NCBI GenBank assembly: GCA_016783445.1
Contig: JADHWO010000005.1
Coordinates: forward strand, 1,707-65,706
Direction of reading: 5' to 3'
DNA length: 64,000 nucleotides
Source: Candidatus Aminicenantes bacterium
Lineage (GTDB): Bacteria; Acidobacteriota; Aminicenantia; Aminicenantales; Aminicenantaceae
The notes below the pieces were generated by a model. The model was not told the DNA's origin. It did no database searches and saw only the letters and a program-made list of their open reading frames with translations. A program made the position numbers and the translations under genes. Below, in pieces: positions 49,073 through 59,400 of this stretch (position 1 is its first letter; the number at the start of each line of letters is the position of its first letter).

Positions 49073-50957
49073 ACAATATCCTATTGAGCCATCAGAGCTT
49101 GGAATAAGCTACACTCCCCAGCAAAAAATGGGCGACCTGGCCCTGACTTTTCCTTTCCAGCTGGCAAAAAAAATGAAGAGGCAACCAAGGGAACTTGCCC
49201 TGGAAATTTTTCCACATCTTTCCTCCATTGAGGGAGTAAAAAAAGTAGAAACAGCCGGGCCAGGTTATATCAACCTCTTTCTGGACAGAGATAAATTCTT
49301 TTCTAACCAGCTTCATTCAATCGACCAGGCTTCTCTCTCCGCTGAAGAGAAAAAAATCATTATTGAACATACTAATATCAATCCTAACAAAGCTGCACAC
49401 ATAGGCCACCTCAGAAATGCCTGCCTCGGAGATACTCTTGGGCGCTGTCTGAAATATAAAGGAGAGAACGTCGAAATCCAGAATTACATAGATGACACCG
49501 GGGTTCAGGTGGCGGATGTTATTTTTGGCTTTTTGGAAATGGAGAAAAAAAGCCTATCTCAGATTAAGGAAATCAAAGAAAAATTTGATTATTACTGCTG
49601 GGACCTTTATGCAAGCGTCTCTTCCTACCTGGAGAGCCACCCCCAGGCAGAGAAAAGAAAATCAGAAATTCTGAAAAACATCGAAGAGCGGAAAAATCCT
49701 GAATTTGAAATAGCAAATTTTATATCCCGCCAGATTATCAAGGCTCATCTCCAGACCATGCGAAGAATCGGAGTCAGTTATGACCTGCTTCCCTGCGAAA
49801 GCAGCATTCTCCATCTTAAGTTCTGGGAGAAAGCCTTCTCACTTTTAAAAGAGAAAAAAGCTATTTTCCTAGCAGAAGATGGAGTAAACAAAGGCTGCTG
49901 GGTGATGGAGCCTGAGACTGAGTCAGAAAAGGAAAAAATTATAGTCCGATCTGACGGGACTGTCACATATGTTGGAAAGGATATTGCCTATCAACTCTGG
50001 AAATTTGGACTATTGGAAAAAGATTTCTACTATGAACCATTTCTCAAAGAAGACAGTAAAACCATCTGGATAACTTCCTCCGCATCAAAGCAAAAATCTC
50101 CCCCATTTGGAAACGGAAGCCAGGTTTATAATGTCATAGATACGAGGCAGGCTTATCTGCAGAAAATTGTCGTTCAGGGCCTCAGATCCCTGAAATTTCT
50201 TGCCGAGGCCGAAAAATCCATCCATTTCTCTTACGAGATGGTAGGCCTTTCTCCAAAAAGCCTAAAGGAGCTTAATCTAAGTCTCTCAGAAGAAGATAAA
50301 AAAAAGAACTTCCTTGAAGTCTCAGGGAGAAAAGGTTTGGGAGTAAAAGCAGATGATCTGCTGGACAGGCTCGAAGAAAAGGCTCTTGCTGAAGTGGAAA
50401 AAAGAAATCCTCAACTCCCCTCAAAGCTGAAAAAGGAAACTGCTCATAAGATCGCCTGTGGAGCACTCCGCTACTTCATGCTCAAATTCGCCCGAAATTC
50501 CCTTATCGTTTTTGATTTTGAAGAAGCCCTTAGCTTTGAGGGAGAAACCGGCCCTTATCTCCAGTATACCCTGGTCCGGATTAACAGCATCTTCCGCAAA
50601 CTTGAAGAAAGAGAAGGCTTTAAAGAAAAGGATATTCAGGCACTTCTTTCTTCAGGAGAAATTGTTTTAGATGTGCTTTCTGAATCCGAGCAAGCCGATT
50701 TCTGGGACCTTGTTCTCTCTGCATCACAGTGTGAGGAAGAAGTCCTCCACTCTATCCGCTCTCTGGAATTCTCACACCTGGCTAAATTCTCTTTTAACCT
50801 CTGCCAGAAGTTTAACGCGTACTATCATCTTTACTCAATTCTGGCAGAAAAAAATAAAGAAGTGAAAAAGATCCGCATTCTAACCATTTATTACATCAAA
50901 GAAGTTCTAAAGCGCGCCCTCTCTCTTATGGGAATCCCGCAACCAGAATTGATGTAA
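49020..50957 (+). CDS. argS: Arginine--tRNA ligase
   Basis: GPGYIN, EHTNINPNKAAHIGHLRN (HIGH), SGRKG, FEGETGPYLQY, DALR-type C-terminus ending M. Confidence 0.95.
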   Translation: MLKLKTFLKEKIYKSLKKQYPIEPSELGISYTPQQKMGDLALTFPFQLAKKMKRQPRELALEIFPHLSSIEGVKKVETAGPGYINLFLDRDKFFSNQLHSIDQASLSAEEKKIIIEHTNINPNKAAHIGHLRNACLGDTLGRCLKYKGENVEIQNYIDDTGVQVADVIFGFLEMEKKSLSQIKEIKEKFDYYCWDLYASVSSYLESHPQAEKRKSEILKNIEERKNPEFEIANFISRQIIKAHLQTMRRIGVSYDLLPCESSILHLKFWEKAFSLLKEKKAIFLAEDGVNKGCWVMEPETESEKEKIIVRSDGTVTYVGKDIAYQLWKFGLLEKDFYYEPFLKEDSKTIWITSSASKQKSPPFGNGSQVYNVIDTRQAYLQKIVVQGLRSLKFLAEAEKSIHFSYEMVGLSPKSLKELNLSLSEEDKKKNFLEVSGRKGLGVKADDLLDRLEEKALAEVEKRNPQLPSKLKKETAHKIACGALRYFMLKFARNSLIVFDFEEALSFEGETGPYLQYTLVRINSIFRKLEEREGFKEKDIQALLSSGEIVLDVLSESEQADFWDLVLSASQCEEEVLHSIRSLEFSHLAKFSFNLCQKFNAYYHLYSILAEKNKEVKKIRILTIYYIKEVLKRALSLMGIPQPELM

Positions 50958-51004
50958 AAGAGTTAGTATTAAATGAAGCAGATTACGCAGGGATTTGATT
51001 TATT

Positions 51005-51272
51005 GGTTATCTTCCATTTTGTGCGGGTAATAAAAAGAAAGTATTCGGGGACGGTCTCGCTCCCGTTCAGATTTTTTACGCCATCCCTTCATCGCTCTTC
51101 TCGGCGGCTGCGTAACTCGCTCCGCTCAAACATACTCGCCGCCCGACTCTGTCGGATTTCCTCGAAGAGCAATTCAGGGAGGCTAAATCTTCAAAGGTCG
51201 CTTCATCCATCCCCGAACACTTTCTATTAATCTATCAAGACATGTTTTGCCCACACAAAATGGAAAAAAACC
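51005..51272. mobile_element. 268-bp MITE with ~23-bp TIRs and 8-bp target-site duplication, inserted in a REP
   Basis: Left GGTTATCTTCCATTTTGTGCGGG, right CCCACACAAAATGGAAAAAAACC; GATTTATT duplicated at 50997-51004 and 51273-51280. Confidence 0.8.
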
Positions 51273-51327
51273 GATTTATTAAACCCATAAGGAATAACCT
51301 AAAAGAAAAACAGGAGGACATAAAAAA

Positions 51328-52254
51328 ATGATTGAAGTTGAACTCCTAACAAAAAAATTTGGCGATATCGAAGCGATTAAGGATTTGAGTTTTAAAGTTG
51401 AAGAAGGAAAGATATGGGGACTCCTCGGGCCAAACGCTGCTGGCAAAACAACAACCATGAGAATCCTCACTGGTTACATTCCTGCCACTGAGGGAAAAGC
51501 CTCTATAGCTGATTATGATGTTTTTGAACAGCCTAATGCAGCCAAAAAAATTACTGGTTATCTCCCTGAAGTTCTTCCCCTCTACCCCGAAATGACAGTT
51601 TATTCCTTTTTGAACTTCGTCTCAGAAATCAAACAAATCCCCTCCTCTCAAAAAAAAGAGGCTGTTGACAAAGCCATAAAAATAAGCGGGCTGGAGTCAG
51701 TTAGAAGGAGACTCATCAAGAATATCTCAAGAGGATTCAAACAGAGGGTAGGCATTGCTCAGGCTTTAATCCATGACCCTCAAGTTCTTGTCCTGGACGA
51801 GCCAACCATCGGCCTTGACCCAGCTCAGATTATAGAAATAAGACAACTCATAAAATCCTTAAAGGGAGAACGCACAATCCTCATTTCAACTCATATCCTT
51901 GCTGAAGTGACTCAGACGTGTGATGGAGCTGTCATCATCAACGAAGGCATCCTAATGGCTTCAGGTTCTCTGGAAGATCTCACAGCTTCCTTCAAGAAAA
52001 AGGAAGGTGTTATCATCAAGCTCAAAAATAGCGGAAAAGATACACAATCACTCCTTCATAATATTCAGGGAGTTGATAAAGTTTTCCGGGAAGAAAATGA
52101 GTTTAAAATAGAATGGTCTAAAGGAAAAGATTTGAGGGAAAACATCACAAAGTTCACTGTGGAAAAAGAATTGGGTCTTATCGAAATGAGGCCCCTCAGC
52201 ATGAACATCGAAGACCTCTATCTCAAGATTATCTCAGGAGGTGTCGAGCAATGA
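51328..52254 (+). CDS. ABC transporter ATP-binding protein (GldA-like)
   Basis: GPNAAGKTT, ISRGFKQRVG, LDEPTIGLDP, STH. Confidence 0.9.
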   Translation: MIEVELLTKKFGDIEAIKDLSFKVEEGKIWGLLGPNAAGKTTTMRILTGYIPATEGKASIADYDVFEQPNAAKKITGYLPEVLPLYPEMTVYSFLNFVSEIKQIPSSQKKEAVDKAIKISGLESVRRRLIKNISRGFKQRVGIAQALIHDPQVLVLDEPTIGLDPAQIIEIRQLIKSLKGERTILISTHILAEVTQTCDGAVIINEGILMASGSLEDLTASFKKKEGVIIKLKNSGKDTQSLLHNIQGVDKVFREENEFKIEWSKGKDLRENITKFTVEKELGLIEMRPLSMNIEDLYLKIISGGVEQ

Positions 52255-53018
52255 AAAACATTTGGGCTATTTGCAAAAAAGAAATTAAAACTTACTTCAC
52301 TTCCCCCATTGCCTATGCGGCTATAGCTGTTTTTCTGGTTCTGGTGGGATTTTTCTTTTACAGTCTTATCTTGTGGTTTAATTCCCAGTCTCTTCAAATG
52401 GCGAGATATCCTGGCTACCTTCAACAGATTAATATCAATCAGATGGTCTACTCTCCCCTCTTTCACAACATCAGCATTATCCTTTTGCTCATGATCCCTC
52501 TTCTCACTATGCGCCTTTTTTCCGAAGAGAAAAAAATCAAAACAGATGAGCTACTCTACACCAGCCCTATCTCTATAAACCAGATCATACTGGGTAAATA
52601 TTTTGCTTCCCTTTTTGTCCTCCTGGTGATGCTATTCCTGACCGGAATCCTTTCGATCTTTACCTTTGTCTATGGTAATCCGGAGTTAGTTCCTGTCCTG
52701 ACCGGCTATCTCGGCTTATTCCTTTTGGGAGCGGCCTTTACTGCTCTGGGCATCTTTTTCTCTTCCCTGACCGAAAACCAGATAGTTTCCGCCATCCTGA
52801 CTTTTGGCGCCCTTCTTCTCTTCTGGGTTCTAAGCTGGGCTTCCTCCTCTGCAGGGGGGACGTTTAAAGATGTACTCAATTACCTCTCTTTTTTTCAGCA
52901 CTTCGATAATATGACAAAAGGGATTCTGGACACTACAGATCTTGTCTATTACCTCAGCTTCATTACTTTTGGTCTATTTCTTACCCATTCTGTTATTCAA
53001 ACACGAAGGTGGAGGTAA
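52251..53018 (+). CDS. ABC-2 permease (GldF-like)
   Basis: YFTSPIAY, PLLTMRLFSEE, ILGKY, SSLTENQIVS. Confidence 0.88.
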   Translation: MKNIWAICKKEIKTYFTSPIAYAAIAVFLVLVGFFFYSLILWFNSQSLQMARYPGYLQQININQMVYSPLFHNISIILLLMIPLLTMRLFSEEKKIKTDELLYTSPISINQIILGKYFASLFVLLVMLFLTGILSIFTFVYGNPELVPVLTGYLGLFLLGAAFTALGIFFSSLTENQIVSAILTFGALLLFWVLSWASSSAGGTFKDVLNYLSFFQHFDNMTKGILDTTDLVYYLSFITFGLFLTHSVIQTRRWR

Positions 53019-53020
53019 AA

Positions 53021-54640
53021 ATGGAAAAATTCAGGCAATATTTGAATTACATTGCAATAGTCCTCATACTCTTATCACTGGGTTCCCTTTTAATATGGCC
53101 CTATAAGAAAATAATTGCCCTTCTTTTAGGACTGGTTGGAGCCGCTGCATTAGTAACATACATTTTCCTCAATCTTCCGGCTCTCAAAAAAGGCTTTAAA
53201 CGAAAATCCTTCATCTACTCCAGTAACTCGATTGTTATTGTTGCTCTTGTTCTTACCATTCTGTTTGTCATCAACTCTTTTTTCGCCAGACATCACCACA
53301 GGTTTGATTTTACCGAAACAAAGCTTCACAGTCTCTCGGATCAATCCGTGCAGGTTTTAAAAAACCTGAAAAAGGATATTAATATCAAGAGTTTTTTCCG
53401 TGAGGGAAATTTTAACCGGGCAAAAATGGAAAACCTGCTGAAGATCTACAATTATCATTCGAAAAATATAAAGTATGAATTTATCGATCCAGATAAAAAT
53501 CCGGGAATGGTCAAAAGGTATGACATAACAGAAGACGGAACAACAATCTTTGAAAGCGGGGATAAAGATAGCCGCATCACATCTACCAGTGAAGAAGATA
53601 TGACTAACGCTATCGTCAAAATCTCAAGGGAGAAGAAAAAAGCCATCTATTTCCTCGAGGGCCACGGAGAAGTAAGCATTGAAGTTAGCGAAGAAAGGGG
53701 CTTTTCTATAGCCAAAGAAGAACTTGAAAAACTCGCTTATGAGGTCAAAAAACTCACCTTAGCTTTATCAGCTACTTTCCCTGAAGATTGCTCACTCCTG
53801 GTTATCGGCGGAGCTGAAAAGGACCTTCTTCCCAATGAACTTGAGACCATCAGAAATTATATAAGTAAGGGAGGAAAGGTCTTTTTTATGGTTGACCCTG
53901 AAAATGCTCCGGGTTTTAAATCGTTCCTCGTTGAATACGGGATTAAACTCGAAGATGACCTGATAGTGGATACTGTATCGCGTCTTATGGGAGGAGACTA
54001 TTTTATGCCTTTTGTGAGCGAATACGAACTACATGATATTACAAAAAAATTCCGCTATGCGACCTTCTTTCCATTTGCACGCTCAGTAAATACAGCCGAA
54101 GAGAAACCAGAAGGAATCTCGGTTTCTATCCTGGCAAAAACAAGTCCTAATTCCTGGTCAGAAAGGCAGCTCACAGAAGGGGAAGTAACTTTTAATAAAG
54201 ACAAGGATGTCGCCGGACCCGTCTCTATCGCGGCGGTTTTAACCGTCAAACAGAAGGAAGAAGCTGTAGAAGACAAACCGGTAGAAGTCAAAGAGAAAGA
54301 CATCACACCAGCAGAAGGAAATAGAAAAGAAGAAAAAGAAGAGGGAGGAAAAGAAAGCAAAGTGAATCCGGAAGCACGCCTGGCTGTATTCGGTGATTCA
54401 GATTTTGCCACAAACAGATATTATAATCTCTCAGGAAACGGGAATTTTTTTCTGAATACAGTCAACTGGCTGACTGAAGAGGCAGACCTTATTTCCATAC
54501 AGCTAAAAACATCTTCCCCCAGAACGATCCATCTGTCCGCTACTCAGGGAAGGGTACTCTTTTTTGTTTCTGTCATTTTTCTGCCTCTCGTGGTAGTTGT
54601 TACAGGAATTTCAGTGTGGGTGAGGAGACGTTCCCTATGA
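53021..54640 (+). CDS. GldG-like ABC auxiliary protein
   Basis: RFDFTE..HSLS, YFLEGHGE, VFGDSDF, N.NFFLN.VNWL, C-terminal TM ending RRR. Confidence 0.85.
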   Translation: MEKFRQYLNYIAIVLILLSLGSLLIWPYKKIIALLLGLVGAAALVTYIFLNLPALKKGFKRKSFIYSSNSIVIVALVLTILFVINSFFARHHHRFDFTETKLHSLSDQSVQVLKNLKKDINIKSFFREGNFNRAKMENLLKIYNYHSKNIKYEFIDPDKNPGMVKRYDITEDGTTIFESGDKDSRITSTSEEDMTNAIVKISREKKKAIYFLEGHGEVSIEVSEERGFSIAKEELEKLAYEVKKLTLALSATFPEDCSLLVIGGAEKDLLPNELETIRNYISKGGKVFFMVDPENAPGFKSFLVEYGIKLEDDLIVDTVSRLMGGDYFMPFVSEYELHDITKKFRYATFFPFARSVNTAEEKPEGISVSILAKTSPNSWSERQLTEGEVTFNKDKDVAGPVSIAAVLTVKQKEEAVEDKPVEVKEKDITPAEGNRKEEKEEGGKESKVNPEARLAVFGDSDFATNRYYNLSGNGNFFLNTVNWLTEEADLISIQLKTSSPRTIHLSATQGRVLFFVSVIFLPLVVVVTGISVWVRRRSL

Positions 54641-56007
54641 AATTCAAAACCACTATCATTCTGGCTGTGATTCTTATCATTCTCCTTGCTTTTGTGTTTA
54701 TATTTGAGTCCAAAGATGAGGGCGAAAACGAAAAAGAAGGAAAATTAGTTGCTCTTTCCTCGGATGACATACAAAAAATTACCCTCCAAAGAGAGGATAA
54801 AACCATCTCTTTTGAGAAAACAGAAAAGGATGAATGGCTCATCACCCAGCCCCTTGAAGCAAAGGCAGACAAATATGAAGTTGACCGCCTTGCTAGTGAT
54901 TTCTCGGATTTACAGATCGAGAGAGTAGTGGAAGAGGAGCCTGAGGAGTTAAAAAAATATGAAATTCCTCAAAAAGAAATCAGCCTCTGGTTAAAAGACA
55001 AAAATAAGCCAGTAAAAATCCTCGTGGGCATGGAAAATCCACTGGATAAAACCTTCTTTGCAAAGAGAGATGATGAAACAAGAGTAGTCCTCATCTCCAG
55101 CCAACTTAAAGACTTGATGGAGAAAAGCCTGTTTGATTTCCGCCAGAAGGATATCTTCAGATTTGAAACAGATGAAGTGAAGAGTGTAAAACTGAAAGCA
55201 AAAAAAATCTTTTGGGAAGCGACAAAGAAAGAAGAGGAATGGTTTTTAGAAAAACCTGTTAAATCACTAGCCAATACAAGCAAAATCGACAATTTACTTA
55301 CTTCACTTAGCAACCTTAAAGCAAAAGAATTCGTTTCAGAAAAAAAGAATAAAGATGAAATAAAAAAATACAGTCTGGAGAATCCTGATTATAAAATTAC
55401 TCTATTTATGCCTCTGGTAAATCAGGAGCTGACATTTTCTCTTCATAAAGAGGAAGAAAAACTTTATGCCACCACTTCCCTATCCTCAAAAATTATTGAG
55501 GTGGAAGATGCCCTGCTCTCTGATTTAGAAAAAGAGGCAGAGGAATTAAGGGAAAAAGAAGTTGCCAATTTTTACAGCTGGGAGGTAAACCGCCTGCACA
55601 TTAAGAAAGGAGATATTAATTGGACATTTGTAAAAGACGAGGAAGACAACTGGAGTTTTGAATCCCCAGATGAAGGCGAAGCAGACAAGAACAAGATCCA
55701 GACATTTATCCGGAAAATCGAAAGCCTTGAAGCCGAAGAATTCATCGACCCTCCATTAAGCTTAAAAGATCATGGGCTGGACAGCCCTCAAGGTGAAGTT
55801 AAAATCTGGTGGAAGGGAGATGAAGAAAAGGTCCAGGAGACCACAATTCTTATCGGCTATGAAGACAAGGAAGCAAAAAAGGTCGTTGTGAAAAACACAC
55901 GATTTAATTATCTTTTCAGGGTGGATAAAGCTTTTCTTGAGGAGTTTCCCAAAGAAACCAAAGACTGGAAGCCAGAGGAAAAAGAAGAAGAAAAGGAAAA
56001 ACAGTAA
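54637..56007 (+). CDS. DUF4340-domain protein
   Basis: N-terminal TM, three repeated acidic/basic modules, typical position after GldG. Confidence 0.75.
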   Translation: MKFKTTIILAVILIILLAFVFIFESKDEGENEKEGKLVALSSDDIQKITLQREDKTISFEKTEKDEWLITQPLEAKADKYEVDRLASDFSDLQIERVVEEEPEELKKYEIPQKEISLWLKDKNKPVKILVGMENPLDKTFFAKRDDETRVVLISSQLKDLMEKSLFDFRQKDIFRFETDEVKSVKLKAKKIFWEATKKEEEWFLEKPVKSLANTSKIDNLLTSLSNLKAKEFVSEKKNKDEIKKYSLENPDYKITLFMPLVNQELTFSLHKEEEKLYATTSLSSKIIEVEDALLSDLEKEAEELREKEVANFYSWEVNRLHIKKGDINWTFVKDEEDNWSFESPDEGEADKNKIQTFIRKIESLEAEEFIDPPLSLKDHGLDSPQGEVKIWWKGDEEKVQETTILIGYEDKEAKKVVVKNTRFNYLFRVDKAFLEEFPKETKDWKPEEKEEEKEKQ

Positions 56008-56498
56008 GGCTTTTTTCTAATAACATCAAATACTCAGCATATTAATCCTTTACACTTTTAAAACCGAGTGTTTCAATTAATAATGTCAAATGTTGAGACG
56101 CGACCCCTTACTCGAATATTCTGTGAGGCCTCTCAAATCCTAGGGAGGAGGGAAAAACCTTGAAACTCACCTCTCAAATCCTCCCAACAGAGTATTGACG
56201 ATTAAATGTTTCATTGCAACCATATTGACATAAAAGATTTTATTTGACATCCGATACTTTTCGTATAATAATTTTCTTGTGGGGAAAAGGAGTAACATAA
56301 GATAAATCGAAAAAATTCTCAAATTAACGAAAGGAATTCTCTTCAATCCTTAAAATTGAGAGAGACATTCCGCTCCAAAAACAGCATAAAGTCTATTTCT
56401 CCTGCCCTCCAAAAGATTTTAATTCCTCTGGAAATATTACGTTTTTCCAGGGAAATTAATCACTAAACTAAAAAAATGTCTATAAATAGGAGGGGAAA

Positions 56499-59400
56499 AT
56501 GCCAAAGCATAAATTAGGTTTTATTCTGCTGTTTGTTGTCGCATTTCTGATAGCAACAGGGATTCCGATAATATCACATAACTCAGGTCAAAACGGAGAC
56601 TTGTTTCAAACCTTAATCGCAGGCCGAAACGTGAACATGGTCAGTGACGATCCTTATCTCCAAAGGCAGAACGAGCCATCTCTCGCCGTATCCACACTCA
56701 ACTCCCGGCATCTCCTGGCTGGAGCGAACGACTACCTTCTAATTGATAAGGCTGGAAATACGACAGAAGAGGTGACAATCGATGCATGGCTGGGCGTTTA
56801 CAAATCTTATGACGGAGGCCAGTCCTGGGAAAGCGACCTTGTCCCTGGATATAGCATAGAACATGACTCACCCCTTGCAGGCCTGGAAGCAGCCGCAGAC
56901 CCCACGATCCGGGCCGGAATTAACGGGTGGTTCTACTACAGCGGCATCGCTTTTGAAAGAGCACGTAATGGGAAGAGCGTTGTTTTTGTCGCCAGGTATA
57001 GAGATAACGGCAGCAGTATAGATTATGTTGATACAACGGTCATTGATGAAGGGACCAGCGGGCAGTTCCAGGACAAGCCATGGATCGGCACAGACAAAGA
57101 TAATCGTGTATATATTATCTACAGCATGTTTCTTGGCGAGATCGACCAAAACATCCACACCAAAATCCTGATCGCACGGTCGGAAAACGGCGGTGATACA
57201 TGGGGGAGCCCCTCCAAACTCAGTGAAAGCCACCAAAAAAACCAGGGTACAACTTTTGCCGTCGACCCAAACAACGGTACAATCTATGTGGCCTGGAGGC
57301 GGTTTCCTGCACCAAACGTTACCCACGCCATTCTTATCGCCAAATCTGATGATCATGGAAGAACATTCACCAAAGCTCAAGAAGTAGCAACTATCGACTA
57401 TGAATTCGACCAGCCAACCATGGGCTCCCAGTTCGGTGCATCACAGTTTCGCACAAATGCCTATCCGACTATAACAATAGATGAAGACTCACGTATCTAT
57501 CTGGCATGGACTCAGCGCATCTCGGAACTTGGTGATGCGAGGATTGTTATCACTTCCCTCGCCGGAAGCGATTGGGGAAGCAGTTGGTCATCAGCTGAGA
57601 CCGTCGAACCTCTTTCTATTGATGATCCACGGCAGGATGGGGAGCTGAACATGCCCTGCCACCAGCTCATGCCTACCATAACCTATGGGGCGGGTAAGCT
57701 AATGCTCGCCTGGTACGACACACGGTTCTCCGCACGCCGTTATGATGAATTCGGTGCGCTACGCCCGAATGCGCCAAGTTCCTCCCCATGGATCAGAGAC
57801 GGTGAAACGCCTTATCGGGAAACCGTAGATGTCCGCCTGGCACAAGCAGATCCCGGTCCCTCACCCAACTTCGGCGAATCCATTCAGGTTTCCCGCTATC
57901 TCTGGGTTCTTGAAGATGATCCTGATAACTCTGAAGGAGAGCCGATGTATAGATTGCGGCAGGGACAATTCAACCCACCGAACTACAAGATGTTCAGCGG
58001 CGGGACAGTTCCCTTCCATGGTGATTATATTGATATCGCCCACTCTCCTGACGACCCGTTTACCTTTTATGTAACCTGGACCGACAACCGCGATGTCAAG
58101 CCCCCCGGTGATGATGGATTTTGGGGAGACTATACACCCCCTGAGAAGTTTATTCCCGGGAACGATTGTATATCCAATCCCAATACCCATCTTGTCGGCA
58201 TGCGGAACCAGAACATCTACTGCTCCCGCATCACAAGGGGCATCGAGATAGGAACTCTGAACAACAACCAGGCTCCGGGGAACAACTCGTTCGTCATCTT
58301 CGTCAATAACCTATTGAATCCGCCCGATCCGGCTGACCCTTATGCCAGCTTGACGTTCGAACTGTCCATCCTTTATTCAGCAACAGCTTCTTTCTCCCCT
58401 GAAGAGACCTTGACCGATATTTTTGTGTCAGTTCCATATTATTCCTCCATCGTACGCCAGGTCTTCGTAAGTGGGTCTGCAGGAGACTCCGTTATAGTCA
58501 GAGTGTGGAATGAAGAAACAGGATTTGATGATGAGATTTATTTAAACCTCATAGCTGGGGGCATTCCCAGCGGTTCAGCAAGCCTCGTTCTTGACGGAAC
58601 AACCAAGATCGATTGGAGCGATCCCGAACTCATCGCTACGCTCAATCCCAATATCACCAATCCAAATATCGATAATCCGAACATCACCAATCCCAACATC
58701 ACGAACCCCAATATCACTAATCCGAACATCACGAACCCCAATATTACCAATCCCAATATCACTAACCCGAACATCACCAATCCCAATATCACCAATCCCA
58801 ATATCGATAACCCGAACATCACTAACCCCAATATCACTAACCCCAATATCGATAACCCGAACATCACGAATCCCAATATCACCAATCCCAATATCACGAA
58901 TCCCAATATCACCAACATTCCGCCCTCGGGGACGAAAATCGCTGACAAGGTGTGGAGCGTGCACAATGAAGGAGATGCTTTTTCGGCCTACACCTTCAAA
59001 GGTATTGCGGGAGACACGCTTCCAGATGATGAATTTATCTTCACTCAGCTTCTGATTTACAAGGTTCACTATACACACTCGACGAACGGCTGTTATCTGA
59101 TGACAGAGGCCCATCACGAGCTTCTTGTTAATATTGTAAGTCCATTTATAACCACAGACACAACTAACCTAAATATAAATAAGTTTCTCGGCGATCCGGA
59201 GGCATGGAATTCGGATATTAACAACACCACATTTTCCCTTGCGCCGGGTGAATACGCTGTCCTTATCCTGCGGGTTATCGACACCAAACCGAACAGAGAG
59301 AATCAGAGTGTCACCACCTCAGGAACCAGGGAACTCAGTTCCCTCGATCCCGCACAAATCACTTATGACGAGGCGGGCAGTGTGGTCGTCTCACACACGT

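Noticed and set aside
58644-58913. 15-bp tandem array as CRISPR or non-coding VNTR, and overlapping ORFs in other frames
   Set aside because: No spacers; variation is synonymous in the long + frame; the other ORFs are shadows of the repeat
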